From NCBI GenBank assembly GCA_902559355.1, contig CACEHM010000004.1:18679-82678 (forward strand): DNA of 64,000 nt, given 5' to 3'. Numbering within the stretch: the first letter of the stretch is position 1; every line of letters begins with the position of its first letter. The notes beneath the pieces are model-generated. The model saw only the letters and a list, made by a program, of their open reading frames with translations, ran no database searches and was not told the origin of the DNA. A program made the translations under genes and the position numbers. Source of the stretch: an uncultured Gammaproteobacteria bacterium. GTDB lineage: Bacteria > Pseudomonadota > Gammaproteobacteria > GCA-002705445 > GCA-002716945. Shown here one piece after another: positions 28,377-37,618 of this stretch.

Positions 28377-29366
28377 ATGACGATAATTGTATTTGGTGGT
28401 TCCGGTTTTATAGGCTCCCGTTTCATAAATCTATGGGCCTCAAGAAAAGATACTAAGATTATTAATGTCGATAAACTTACCTATGCTGCAAATCAAGACT
28501 ATCTTCATAAAGTTAATAACTCTGATAAGTATACTTTCTACCACGAAGATATTACAAATAAAAAACAAATCAATGAGATAGTTGATAAACATCAGCCAAC
28601 TATATTTATAAATTTCGCAGCAGAGAGTCATGTTGATAATTCTATTAAAGCATCAGAGCAATTTATTATAACGAATGTTGTTGGCACACATGTTCTTCTA
28701 GAGATTTATAGACAATATTGTAACAGTAGAGCTGGCACTAAATTCATTCAAATCTCAACTGATGAAGTCTTTGGTGATTTAAAACCTTATGATCAACCAT
28801 TCTGCGAACAGTCCAAATATGATCCTAGGAATCCTTACTCAGCATCAAAGGCATCTAGTGACCATTTAGTTTTATCTTACATTAACACCTATGCTCTACC
28901 TTTATTATTAACGAATTGCACAAACAATTATGGTCCAAACCAGTACGAGGAGAAACTAATTCCAAAGACAATTAAATCAATAATGAAGGGCGATAAGATA
29001 ACGATTTATGGAAAAGGTGATAATATTAGAGATTGGATATATGTAGATGATCATTGCGATGCATTGATTAAAATAATAGAGTCTGAAAATATGCACAATA
29101 GATATAACATAGGCAGTCAAAATGAAGTTGATAATCTTAGCATAGTCAAGATGATTTGTAATAAATTATCGAAACTAGAAATTAGTTTACCTAAGGATCC
29201 GCTTAGTTTAATTTCTTTTGTTGACGACAGGCTTGGACATGATAAAAGGTACTCTATAGATAATACTAGGATAACAGAGGAGTATAAATGGCAACCAACT
29301 ACATCCTTTGATAACGGCATTGACAAAACGATAGAGTACTATGTTAAGAGTTTGTTATATAAATGA
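28377..29366 (+). CDS. rfbB: dTDP-glucose 4,6-dehydratase
   Basis: GGSGFIGS, FAAESHVDNSI, YSASKASSDHLV, NNYGPNQ. Confidence 0.9.
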   Translation: MTIIVFGGSGFIGSRFINLWASRKDTKIINVDKLTYAANQDYLHKVNNSDKYTFYHEDITNKKQINEIVDKHQPTIFINFAAESHVDNSIKASEQFIITNVVGTHVLLEIYRQYCNSRAGTKFIQISTDEVFGDLKPYDQPFCEQSKYDPRNPYSASKASSDHLVLSYINTYALPLLLTNCTNNYGPNQYEEKLIPKTIKSIMKGDKITIYGKGDNIRDWIYVDDHCDALIKIIESENMHNRYNIGSQNEVDNLSIVKMICNKLSKLEISLPKDPLSLISFVDDRLGHDKRYSIDNTRITEEYKWQPTTSFDNGIDKTIEYYVKSLLYK

Positions 29367-29488
29367 AGAAGATGAAAGGATATATTTTTATTTATAAACT
29401 TGTTGATAAATATTAATTGATCGAAAGGGGACAAAATAATTTCAGCTAAATATAAAAAAAGGATTTTATTTAAAGATTCGTAATAGCT

Positions 29489-30178
29489 ATGGATATTTTC
29501 TATGAGGCGTTAAAAAATCTAGTCGAATTTGATATAAAGTTATATGAAATTATTTTATTGTCACTATTTGTTTCTATATCTGCAGCTATTCTTTCATCAA
29601 TTATTGCGATAATAATCACTTCTTTTTTAGTATTAAAAAGATTTGTTGGTAAGAATGCTACTCTTCTAATAATAAACTCTATGATGAGTTTACCGCCGGT
29701 AGTAGTTGGATTAATTTTGTATCTACTTTTTTCAAATACAGGCATTCTAGGTTTTTCAGATATGTTGTATAGCTATCAACTAATGATAATTGCTCAATTT
29801 CTTATCGTTTTACCTATTATTATTTCATTGTCCTTTACAGTACTAAATAACAAATATATGTATTTATATGATTATTTAATGTCACTAAATACCTCTGATT
29901 TCAAAATATTAAAAACAATTTTACACGAAAGTAGAAATGAACTGCTAATAATATTCATGACTGGCTTGGGTAGAGCTCTATCTGAAGTAGGGGCAGTAAT
30001 AATTGTTGGTGGCAATATAGCGCATATGACAAGAGTTATGACAACGAGTATCGTGCTTGAAACATCAAGAGGAGAGTTAGCTACTGCATTAAGCCTTGGA
30101 ATTGCTCTAATATTAATTGCTATTTTAATTAATATGTTTATTTTCATTATTAAAAATATATACAATAAAAAACTATGA
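29489..30178 (+). CDS. tupB: ABC transporter permease, tungstate (TupB)-type
   Basis: Five or six TM segments. EAA-like loop GLGRALSEVGAVIIVGGNI is typical of TupB-type permeases. Confidence 0.6.
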   Translation: MDIFYEALKNLVEFDIKLYEIILLSLFVSISAAILSSIIAIIITSFLVLKRFVGKNATLLIINSMMSLPPVVVGLILYLLFSNTGILGFSDMLYSYQLMIIAQFLIVLPIIISLSFTVLNNKYMYLYDYLMSLNTSDFKILKTILHESRNELLIIFMTGLGRALSEVGAVIIVGGNIAHMTRVMTTSIVLETSRGELATALSLGIALILIAILINMFIFIIKNIYNKKL

Positions 30179-30804
30179 AACTCTTTCACTTAGACAATAT
30201 CTGTTATTTTCAAAATAATTTTAAGATTCTAAAAAACATAAACTTAGATATCAACAAAAGTGGACTTAGTGTAATCACTGGACCGAATGGTTCAGGGAAA
30301 ACAACATTATTAAAACTTATTTTTGGATTGATAGAACCTACATCAGGCAGGTTATATAAATATGATTTATCATATAAGCAATCATCATTCGTATTCCAAA
30401 ATCCTGTTTTTCTTAATCGATCATTCTTTTATAATATAGAACATGCACTTTATTGCTCAGGTAAGAGTAAGCATGAGAGAATAATAATAATAAATAGATT
30501 AATAGACGAATATGAATTACAGCATTTAAAAGATAAAAATATACATAAATTGTCTGGTGGAGAATTACAAATTTTATCTCTCTTAAGATCTGTCGCTTTA
30601 AATCCAAAAGTTCTTTTTTATGATGAACCATCCAATAATTTAGACAGGCGTAACTTAATGAGAGTAAGTTCTATAATTACTTCATTATTATCAAAAGATA
30701 TAACAATTATTATGGTTACACATGATGATAAGTTTATTCAAGATTTAAATTATGACTATACTAATATAATACTTAATCAAGGTAAGAGAATTAATGAAAT
30801 ATAA
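30175..30804 (+). CDS. tupC: ABC transporter ATP-binding protein (TupC-type)
   Basis: Walker A GPNGSGKTT, signature LSGGELQ, Walker B LFYDEPSNNLD. Confidence 0.7.
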   Translation: MKLFHLDNICYFQNNFKILKNINLDINKSGLSVITGPNGSGKTTLLKLIFGLIEPTSGRLYKYDLSYKQSSFVFQNPVFLNRSFFYNIEHALYCSGKSKHERIIIINRLIDEYELQHLKDKNIHKLSGGELQILSLLRSVALNPKVLFYDEPSNNLDRRNLMRVSSIITSLLSKDITIIMVTHDDKFIQDLNYDYTNIILNQGKRINEI

Positions 30805-31579
30805 AATACTATTTCTGCTTTTTTTTATAACAGATTTATTTGCAAGCAGTTTGACTATTCAATCTACTACCTCTACACGAGATTCTGGTTTATACGACTA
30901 TTTGCTTCCGCTATATCCAAATATAGATAAAGTTGAAATCAAAGTTGTAGCAGTAGGTACAGGACAAGCTATATTAAATTCTCAAAAATGCGATGGCGAT
31001 ATATTAATAGTCCACGATAGAGAGAGGGAAGATGAATTTCTAAAATTCTATGGTGAGAGCAGACATAGTCTTATGTATAACGATTACGTTCTTATTGGAC
31101 CAAAAAATGATCCTGCTAATTTGCAAAAAGAACAATCAATAGAGGATGCCTTTAGAAAGTTGTATGAATCAGGTAAATTTAAATTTATCTCAAGGTCAGA
31201 TTCTAGTGGGACACATGCTGCAGAAATGGAAATATGGGATAGAATTAAGTCAAGACCCGAAGATTACAGCGGTTCTTGGTACCTTGAGACAGGACAGAGT
31301 ATGGGGCAGTCTTTAAATATATCAGTAACAACTAGTTCATATATATTTTCCGACAGATCCACTTGGATTAGATTTAAGAATAAGAGAAATCACATAATTA
31401 TTTATGAAGATAAGAATGTTTTAAAAAATTATTACGGCATGATTCTTGTCAGCAAAAAAAAATGTCCTAATCGACACCCATATTCAGAAAATCTATATAA
31501 TTGGCTTAAGTCGAATGACGTAAAAACATTAATTACTAAGTATACAATTGATGGGAACGAAATATTTTATATAGAATAA
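30794..31579 (+). CDS. tupA: periplasmic substrate-binding protein, tungstate (TupA)-type
   Basis: Signal peptide MKYKILFLLFFITDLFA, then the oxyanion-binding motif STTSTRDSGL characteristic of TupA. Confidence 0.6.
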   Translation: MKYKILFLLFFITDLFASSLTIQSTTSTRDSGLYDYLLPLYPNIDKVEIKVVAVGTGQAILNSQKCDGDILIVHDREREDEFLKFYGESRHSLMYNDYVLIGPKNDPANLQKEQSIEDAFRKLYESGKFKFISRSDSSGTHAAEMEIWDRIKSRPEDYSGSWYLETGQSMGQSLNISVTTSSYIFSDRSTWIRFKNKRNHIIIYEDKNVLKNYYGMILVSKKKCPNRHPYSENLYNWLKSNDVKTLITKYTIDGNEIFYIE

Positions 31580-31653
31580 TTACATAATATATATTATACG
31601 AACCTATATATTAATCTAGCATATAATATTCATATAACCTATTCTACTTATAT

Positions 31654-33156
31654 ATGGATATGAATGATCGTATAAAGGATGTAGATCTCCATCTAGTACT
31701 AGGAAACCAGTTATTTCCTATATCAAATGTAAATAAAATCAATCCCACGAAGATATTTATGAGAGAGGATTATGGCTTATGTACATATGAGAAGCATCAT
31801 AAGCATAAGATCACCCTCTTCTTATCATCTATGCGCTCGTACAAAGATTATTTAAATAAACATAATTACAACGTTCATTATGAATATCTAAATGTAGATA
31901 AATCAATTAGTTATATTGATTCATTAAAAGATTATATAAATAAAGAAAAAATTAAAATTATGAGCGTATGGACAATTGAAGATAAATGGTTTGAAAAAAT
32001 AATAAACAAAATTTCAGAAGAATTAAATGATCTAATAATACTCGATAGCCCTATGTTTCTTACAAATAGGGATGAATTTATATCAATGTGCCCTAAAACG
32101 TCAAAACCGACATATAAGATGACAAACTTTTATATCAATCAAAGAAAGAAATTAAATATATTAATGGATAATGGTAAGCCTGTTGGTGGCAAATGGACTT
32201 TTGATAGCGAAAATAGAAAGAAAATAAGCCATAAGGTGCTACCACCTCCAATTAAAAAATTTAGACATACAAAACACACTAAAGATGTAAAAGAAATAGT
32301 GTCTAAATACTTTGAAAATCATTATGGAAATATTGAAGAATTTAACTACCCTACTACACGTAAACAAGCTATTGAGAATTTAGACGATTTTATAGTAAAC
32401 AAATTTAAGTCATTTGGTGATTACGAAGACTCAGTTGATCAAAGATCATATCTTTGGTTTCATTCAAACCTAAGCTCTTCTTTAAATCTAGGGCTAATAA
32501 CACCCACTGATATAATCAATAAAATCAATGATTTAAAAGATATACCTGTAAATTCTTATGAGGGTTTTTTACGTCAAATTATAGGTTGGCGCGAATTCAT
32601 GAGAGGTTTGTATCACTTGGAAAGTAAAAATATTGAGAGAGGAAATTTTTTTAATCACAAAAGAAAACTATGTGATTCCTGGTACACAGGAGAAACCGGT
32701 ATAGATCCCTTGGATTACAGTATAAAAAGCACTATAAAATATGCATATTCGCATCATATTGAAAGGTTGATGATACAAGTTAACCTTATGAATTTATGTG
32801 AAATAGAGCCAAAGAATGCTTATAAATGGTTTATGGAGCTGTATATAGACTCTTCAGATTGGGTTATGACACCAAATGTATATAGTATGGGTCTTTTTGC
32901 TGACGGAGGGATAATGGCCACTAAACCATATATATGCGGTTCGAATTATATATTAAAAATGATGGACTTTAAAAAAGGAGAATGGTGTGATATTTTTGAT
33001 GGCCTTTATTGGAGGTTCATAGACAAGAACCGCAAATTTTTTAAAACTAACCCAAGATTGAACATGATGGTGAGTTTATTTGATAAAATGAAGAAAGAAA
33101 GAAAAGAAATTATTTTAACCAGAGCAAATGAATTTTTAAGAGATAATACGAGATGA
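31654..33156 (+). CDS. cryptochrome/photolyase-family protein of the photolyase-related (FeS-BCP / prokaryotic 6-4 photolyase-like) clade
   Basis: LVLGNQLF start, GGKWTFD, GWREFMRG, KPYICGSNYI and LYWRF all match the photolyase-related family. It differs from the class I CPD enzyme at 49879. Confidence 0.75.
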   Translation: MDMNDRIKDVDLHLVLGNQLFPISNVNKINPTKIFMREDYGLCTYEKHHKHKITLFLSSMRSYKDYLNKHNYNVHYEYLNVDKSISYIDSLKDYINKEKIKIMSVWTIEDKWFEKIINKISEELNDLIILDSPMFLTNRDEFISMCPKTSKPTYKMTNFYINQRKKLNILMDNGKPVGGKWTFDSENRKKISHKVLPPPIKKFRHTKHTKDVKEIVSKYFENHYGNIEEFNYPTTRKQAIENLDDFIVNKFKSFGDYEDSVDQRSYLWFHSNLSSSLNLGLITPTDIINKINDLKDIPVNSYEGFLRQIIGWREFMRGLYHLESKNIERGNFFNHKRKLCDSWYTGETGIDPLDYSIKSTIKYAYSHHIERLMIQVNLMNLCEIEPKNAYKWFMELYIDSSDWVMTPNVYSMGLFADGGIMATKPYICGSNYILKMMDFKKGEWCDIFDGLYWRFIDKNRKFFKTNPRLNMMVSLFDKMKKERKEIILTRANEFLRDNTR

Positions 33157-33506
33157 TCAAGGTTTTGTTTAATGACAGTTGTTCAATATGCTCCAAGGAG
33201 ATAAATCATTATAAATCGATAGATAATGATATAAATTGGATAGATATCAATGATTTAGAAATATCTACTAAATTATCTGGAAAGAGCCATAAGGATCTTC
33301 TTAGACGATTACATGTTGTTAAAGATAATCAGGTCTACTCTGGTGTAGAGGCATTCGTTATTATGTGGAGAAATATTCCTAAGTACAAATGGATTGGTAA
33401 TTTAGTCGCATTGCCAGGAGTCTATCAAATCAGTGTAATATTTTATGAAGTCATAGCGCTACTTCTATTTTATAAAAATAGACATCAGTTAAATGAAAAA
33501 AAGTAG
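33153..33506 (+). CDS. DCC-family thiol-disulfide oxidoreductase (DUF393)
   Basis: N-terminal [15 protein letters not shown] matches the YDGxCxLC signature. About 115 aa with a hydrophobic C-terminal segment. 4-nt overlap with the upstream gene. Confidence 0.6.
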   Translation: MIKVLFNDSCSICSKEINHYKSIDNDINWIDINDLEISTKLSGKSHKDLLRRLHVVKDNQVYSGVEAFVIMWRNIPKYKWIGNLVALPGVYQISVIFYEVIALLLFYKNRHQLNEKK

Positions 33507-33645
33507 CCTTCCGAAAAAAATATGTCCTATCTGTAAATTACCATTCTCGTGGAGGAAAAAGTGGGAGCGAGATTGGCAGAGTGTAATATATTGCTCAGAG
33601 AGATGTCGTAGAGCTGCAAAAAAAGTGCGAGATAATATCAGCTGA
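33493..33645 (+). CDS. small zinc-ribbon protein (DUF2256-like), absent from the ORF track
   Basis: My translation gives [50 protein letters not shown] (50 aa, ATG 33493, TGA 33643-33645). The CxxC...WRKKW...YCSxRC pattern is what I recall for DUF2256. Overlaps the DCC gene by 14 nt. Confidence 0.6.
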   Translation: MKKSSLPKKICPICKLPFSWRKKWERDWQSVIYCSERCRRAAKKVRDNIS

Positions 33646-33666
33646 CGAGAGACTAACGGTTATAGC

Positions 33667-34140
33667 TTATTTTTTTCGATATTCCCATGGTTCTAGTGGA
33701 TTTTTTGTACTCCAAAGGCCATTATTATTTGATTTAGCGTAATCCTCAAGATTTATAAGATATCGGTTGTTTCTGTATCTCTTATATACCCATGCATTAC
33801 CGCTTTTTATAAGTTTTGCATTTACAAATATGGACCCTTTATCATCATGTATGTAAACTTCTCCGATTATTCTGTTATACCTATCTTTTCTATATGTATC
33901 AATCTGTACCTTTTTATCTAGAACTAAATTTGTTAAATAATTTTTACTTCGTACTCCAAATGTCTGCCTTAACTCGGGTGCGTCGATATAACTGAGTCTT
34001 ATTTTTACATGTTTATTCTCAGTTTTGACCCAAATTGTATCTCCGTCAATTACTTTAATGACCTTAGCATCAAATTGACCAGAAAAGGCAGGGCCTGTAA
34101 TAATTAGACTAAAAAGAATTATAAATTTTCTAAGAAACAT
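33667..34140 (-). CDS. secreted thermonuclease (staphylococcal-nuclease fold)
   Basis: Signal peptide MFLRKFIILFSLIITGPAFSG, then VIDGDTIWV...IRLSYIDAPE (SNase core). Confidence 0.8.
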   Translation of the reverse strand: MFLRKFIILFSLIITGPAFSGQFDAKVIKVIDGDTIWVKTENKHVKIRLSYIDAPELRQTFGVRSKNYLTNLVLDKKVQIDTYRKDRYNRIIGEVYIHDDKGSIFVNAKLIKSGNAWVYKRYRNNRYLINLEDYAKSNNNGLWSTKNPLEPWEYRKK

Positions 34141-35273
34141 TTTATTTCTCTTGAGAATGTTTCAATATCAACAAGAAATGAATCATGCCCTTGTAAACAG
34201 TCTAAACTTTTATAAGCAACTTTTGTTGTACCACTGGCTAGATATTCAGCAATTTCTTTTTGTTGGCTTACCGGGAATAAAGTATCAGATTCTACTCCAA
34301 GAACAAGTGCATTACTTAATCCCGTCTGCCCTAGTATTTCATTTGGCGAGGAGCCATAATCAACTAAATCAAACCAATCAATAGATCTAGATAGATATAA
34401 ATAAGAATTTGCATCGAAAACATTTTGGAATTTTATTGCTAAATGTTCTAGGTAAGATTCTATTTCAAATTCAAAACCTGTATTTTCTATGCCAAAAGTA
34501 TTTTGTGTTATTTCTGTTTTAGCAGATTTTTTTCTACCAAAGCGTTGTGCCCACTCATCAGCCGATCGATAAGAAAGCATACCAAGTTTACGCGCAATAC
34601 GTACACCATTAAGAGGTGGATTATCATATGAATAGTAACCATTGTTCCATAATGGATCTTTTCTAATTACTTCCCTTTGTAACGATCGAATTGCTATAGA
34701 ATATGGTAATGACTGTCTTGCAGTTGAAATAGCAATAAAGTTTCTAACAAAATTATTATTTTGTATTATTAATGCAAGGCTGTGCATACCACCCATAGAT
34801 GGGCCTACTAAAGTATGAATAGATTTAATTTCTAGCTTATCAAATAATAATTTTGATGCCTTAGCCATATCATCAATCGTTAATTCAGGGAAAGTTAACC
34901 TATAGGGCTCTCCTGTTATTTCATTTATTGATGCAGGACCTGTAGATCCAAAACAACTTCCTAGGGAATTTATACATACTACATAATATTTGCTTGTATC
35001 AAATGCTTTACCTTTACCAACCATACCTTCCCACCAGCCAGTTTCAGGGTTAGTAACGCTTGAAGCAACATGTGAACTGGCACTTAGACCCGTTAAGATA
35101 ACTATAATATTATCTTTTTCTTTTGATAACTCACCCCATGTTTCATAAGCTAGAACAGGATTTTTTAGATAACCTCCTCTTTTTAGGCGTAACGAATCAG
35201 TTAATGTAATCTTTTGAAACCCCGGGTTAGTTTTTTCAAATAAACTAACGACTTTTTTATCAGATTTTTGCAT
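34119..35273 (-). CDS. metX: homoserine O-acyltransferase (MetX family)
   Basis: Alpha/beta-hydrolase nucleophile elbow GPSMGGMHSL. YETWGEL near the N-terminus and C-terminal GHDSFL. Confidence 0.85.
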   Translation of the reverse strand: MQKSDKKVVSLFEKTNPGFQKITLTDSLRLKRGGYLKNPVLAYETWGELSKEKDNIIVILTGLSASSHVASSVTNPETGWWEGMVGKGKAFDTSKYYVVCINSLGSCFGSTGPASINEITGEPYRLTFPELTIDDMAKASKLLFDKLEIKSIHTLVGPSMGGMHSLALIIQNNNFVRNFIAISTARQSLPYSIAIRSLQREVIRKDPLWNNGYYSYDNPPLNGVRIARKLGMLSYRSADEWAQRFGRKKSAKTEITQNTFGIENTGFEFEIESYLEHLAIKFQNVFDANSYLYLSRSIDWFDLVDYGSSPNEILGQTGLSNALVLGVESDTLFPVSQQKEIAEYLASGTTKVAYKSLDCLQGHDSFLVDIETFSREIKCFLENL

Positions 35274-35291
35274 AACTGGATATTATTATGA

Positions 35292-36191
35292 TTAGCTTGC
35301 TAATTCAATTGATAAGTTATTGAGTAGATATTTAGGATTTATATTCATCAAGATATTCTTTTTAATATTTGGAATTATTTCATAAATGTTTGAAAGCTTT
35401 TTTATGTGACCATTAGATTCTATAGTTTTGAGGTCAGTAGAAATATATTTCTTCAGTATATATATAATATACATATTAATTATCTCTATTATCAATTTAA
35501 TCCCTAATTTATTCCAAATTATAGAGACATCAATAGGATCATATGATTTATCTAGGAGTCCGTTAATCTGATCAACTGTTTCATTAAGTGATGTAGATAT
35601 GTCATAAATATTGTCATTATCTTTTAAAAAAGAATGTCTTGAAAAGAAAAACTCTTCAAAGCTATCAGAGTTATCATCAATATATGAATCAATATTAATA
35701 TGCAAACATCTACTTTTAATTGTTTCATGCACATCCCTAACAGAGTTACAAATAAGAATAAATGAACAATTTGAAGAAACTTCTTCAAGTGTTTTCAGTA
35801 AAGCTGATGATGCTTCTATATTCATCTTTGAAACGTCATTTAAAATAACAATTTTTTTATCTTTATGTGCTGATAACTGCGTGAATGATATGACGTCTCT
35901 GATTTGATTAATTGTTATTTCCGTCCCAATTTTATTCGAGTCTATATTGTTAATTAAACCATAATTATTAAGAACTAAGTCTTTGTTTGAAACGGAATTA
36001 ACTGTTTTGCCAGTTTTATCGATTATCGGTAGAGATACATATTTTACATCTGGATTATTCTCTAATTGATCTTTTTTGATATTCATCTCGCTACAAATTT
36101 TTTTCGTTACTAATAAATATCTATTATTTAGGTCTGTTGATGTAACTAAATAGTTTCTTGGTTTATTACTCAATATTAATTGATCAATCAT
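35292..36191 (-). CDS. holB: DNA polymerase III subunit delta'
   Basis: KIVILNDVSKMNIEASSALLKTLEE and ETIKSRC motifs. Sits after tmk as in other gammaproteobacteria. N-terminal P-loop is degenerate. Confidence 0.7.
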   Translation of the reverse strand: MIDQLILSNKPRNYLVTSTDLNNRYLLVTKKICSEMNIKKDQLENNPDVKYVSLPIIDKTGKTVNSVSNKDLVLNNYGLINNIDSNKIGTEITINQIRDVISFTQLSAHKDKKIVILNDVSKMNIEASSALLKTLEEVSSNCSFILICNSVRDVHETIKSRCLHINIDSYIDDNSDSFEEFFFSRHSFLKDNDNIYDISTSLNETVDQINGLLDKSYDPIDVSIIWNKLGIKLIIEIINMYIIYILKKYISTDLKTIESNGHIKKLSNIYEIIPNIKKNILMNINPKYLLNNLSIELAS

Positions 36192-36808
36192 TTTTTCTTG
36201 AATATCTTATCTAATGATTTAATTAAATTGTCTTTAGTTATATTTTTATCTTCAGAAGTATCAATCTTTGTTATATTTTTCATACCATTAAAAACTAATT
36301 CATATGCGTTTGATAGATCTTCCAGGTAACTAAGTCCTCTACTTTCAAATTTATCTGTCACAGATCGTTTTGAAATTCTTTTAAAGCTTTCTTTAGGAGT
36401 TGTGTATAAATAAATTATATGATCAATCATTTTAGAATATATAGCATCAAATATTTCATGAATAGCTTTAACAGAAGAATTATTTCCAACTATACCTTGA
36501 TAAACTAGCGTTGAATAATGATATCTATCACAAACAACTGTTTTGCCAGCATCCAAGGCAGGTAATATAATTTTCTTATAGTTTTCATACCTTGAGGCAT
36601 AAAAAAGCAATGAATCTGTAAGTTCTTCAGTATTATTATCATCATTCAAAATTATGTCTCGAATTGATTCTCCAAAGTTTGTGCCGCCTGGTTCACGAGT
36701 AAGAATATAATCTATCTTGTTATCAATCAGATAGCGCTCAATTATCTTTATCTGATATGACTTACCTACTCCTTCACTACCCTCTACTACTATAAATTTA
36801 TTACTCAT
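36188..36808 (-). CDS. tmk: thymidylate kinase
   Basis: FIVVEGSEGVGKS, TREPGGT, DRYHYST. Confidence 0.9.
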   Translation of the reverse strand: MSNKFIVVEGSEGVGKSYQIKIIERYLIDNKIDYILTREPGGTNFGESIRDIILNDDNNTEELTDSLLFYASRYENYKKIILPALDAGKTVVCDRYHYSTLVYQGIVGNNSSVKAIHEIFDAIYSKMIDHIIYLYTTPKESFKRISKRSVTDKFESRGLSYLEDLSNAYELVFNGMKNITKIDTSEDKNITKDNLIKSLDKIFKKK

Positions 36809-37610
36809 ATATATATTTATGTAATAAATCTTCTAAAGATTCAATATGATTTAATGATTGTTTATCAATCTGGCTGACAAACTCTATGCCGGAAATTGAA
36901 TTACATATAAAAGAACCGTGATATTTTGCAATATCATTTTTTTTAATACTTCTCTCAAAGACAGATATATTTTTCTTTATAAGAGTTTTAATAATTTGCT
37001 GTTTCAAAATACCATCTACACCATTATTTTTTAAATTTGGGGTATGAAAAATAAATTTATTATTATTAAATTTATAAAAGAATATATTTGAAGATATGCA
37101 TTCAATAATATGATTTTTTCTATCAACCAAAATATAATTATCAAATATCTTTTTAGGTTTGAAAGTTATACCTAATATTTGTTCTAACCTATTCATATGT
37201 TTTATTTTCGAAAGATAGCTATTAACGCTCAAGCAGTATTGTGAATAACCAAGTGAAATAGCTTTTCTATATTTTGGAAGTGCATTCATTTTTTTGATTA
37301 TATAAAGCTGTGGAATGATATCTTTATCGTAACCATATCCATGATCAGACAAACCTCTTGTATATATAATTTTTATTATACATTCTCTGGTTTTACCTAT
37401 AGATTTTTTTATAGAGCTATTTAATAGCTGTTTGCTCGGAGAAGAAATTTTTAATACTTTACAGCCTTTTATCAACCTGTTTATATGATCTGACTGATAA
37501 AGACATTTATTATTTTTTACACGAATTGTTTCAAATATACCATCGCCATAATTAAAACCTCTGTCTTTTACAGACACAGATGTTTTATTAATATGTACTT
37601 GAATTTTCAA
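36801..37610 (-). CDS. pabC: aminodeoxychorismate lyase (class IV PLP fold)
   Basis: RGFNYGDGIFETIRV. Sits after fabF as in the conserved fab-pabC-tmk-holB block. Confidence 0.65.
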   Translation of the reverse strand: MKIQVHINKTSVSVKDRGFNYGDGIFETIRVKNNKCLYQSDHINRLIKGCKVLKISSPSKQLLNSSIKKSIGKTRECIIKIIYTRGLSDHGYGYDKDIIPQLYIIKKMNALPKYRKAISLGYSQYCLSVNSYLSKIKHMNRLEQILGITFKPKKIFDNYILVDRKNHIIECISSNIFFYKFNNNKFIFHTPNLKNNGVDGILKQQIIKTLIKKNISVFERSIKKNDIAKYHGSFICNSISGIEFVSQIDKQSLNHIESLEDLLHKYIYE

Positions 37611-37618
37611 GTTAGGGA

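Noticed and set aside
29363-29416. 17-codon ORF (MKKMKGYIFIYKLVDKY) overlapping the rfbB stop.
   Set aside because: It is too short, has no motif and no convincing ribosome-binding site.
29367-29488. Possible Moco riboswitch upstream of tupB.
   Set aside because: I could not trace the conserved Moco-RNA helices or motifs by eye. It is kept only as something to scan with a covariance model (see finding).
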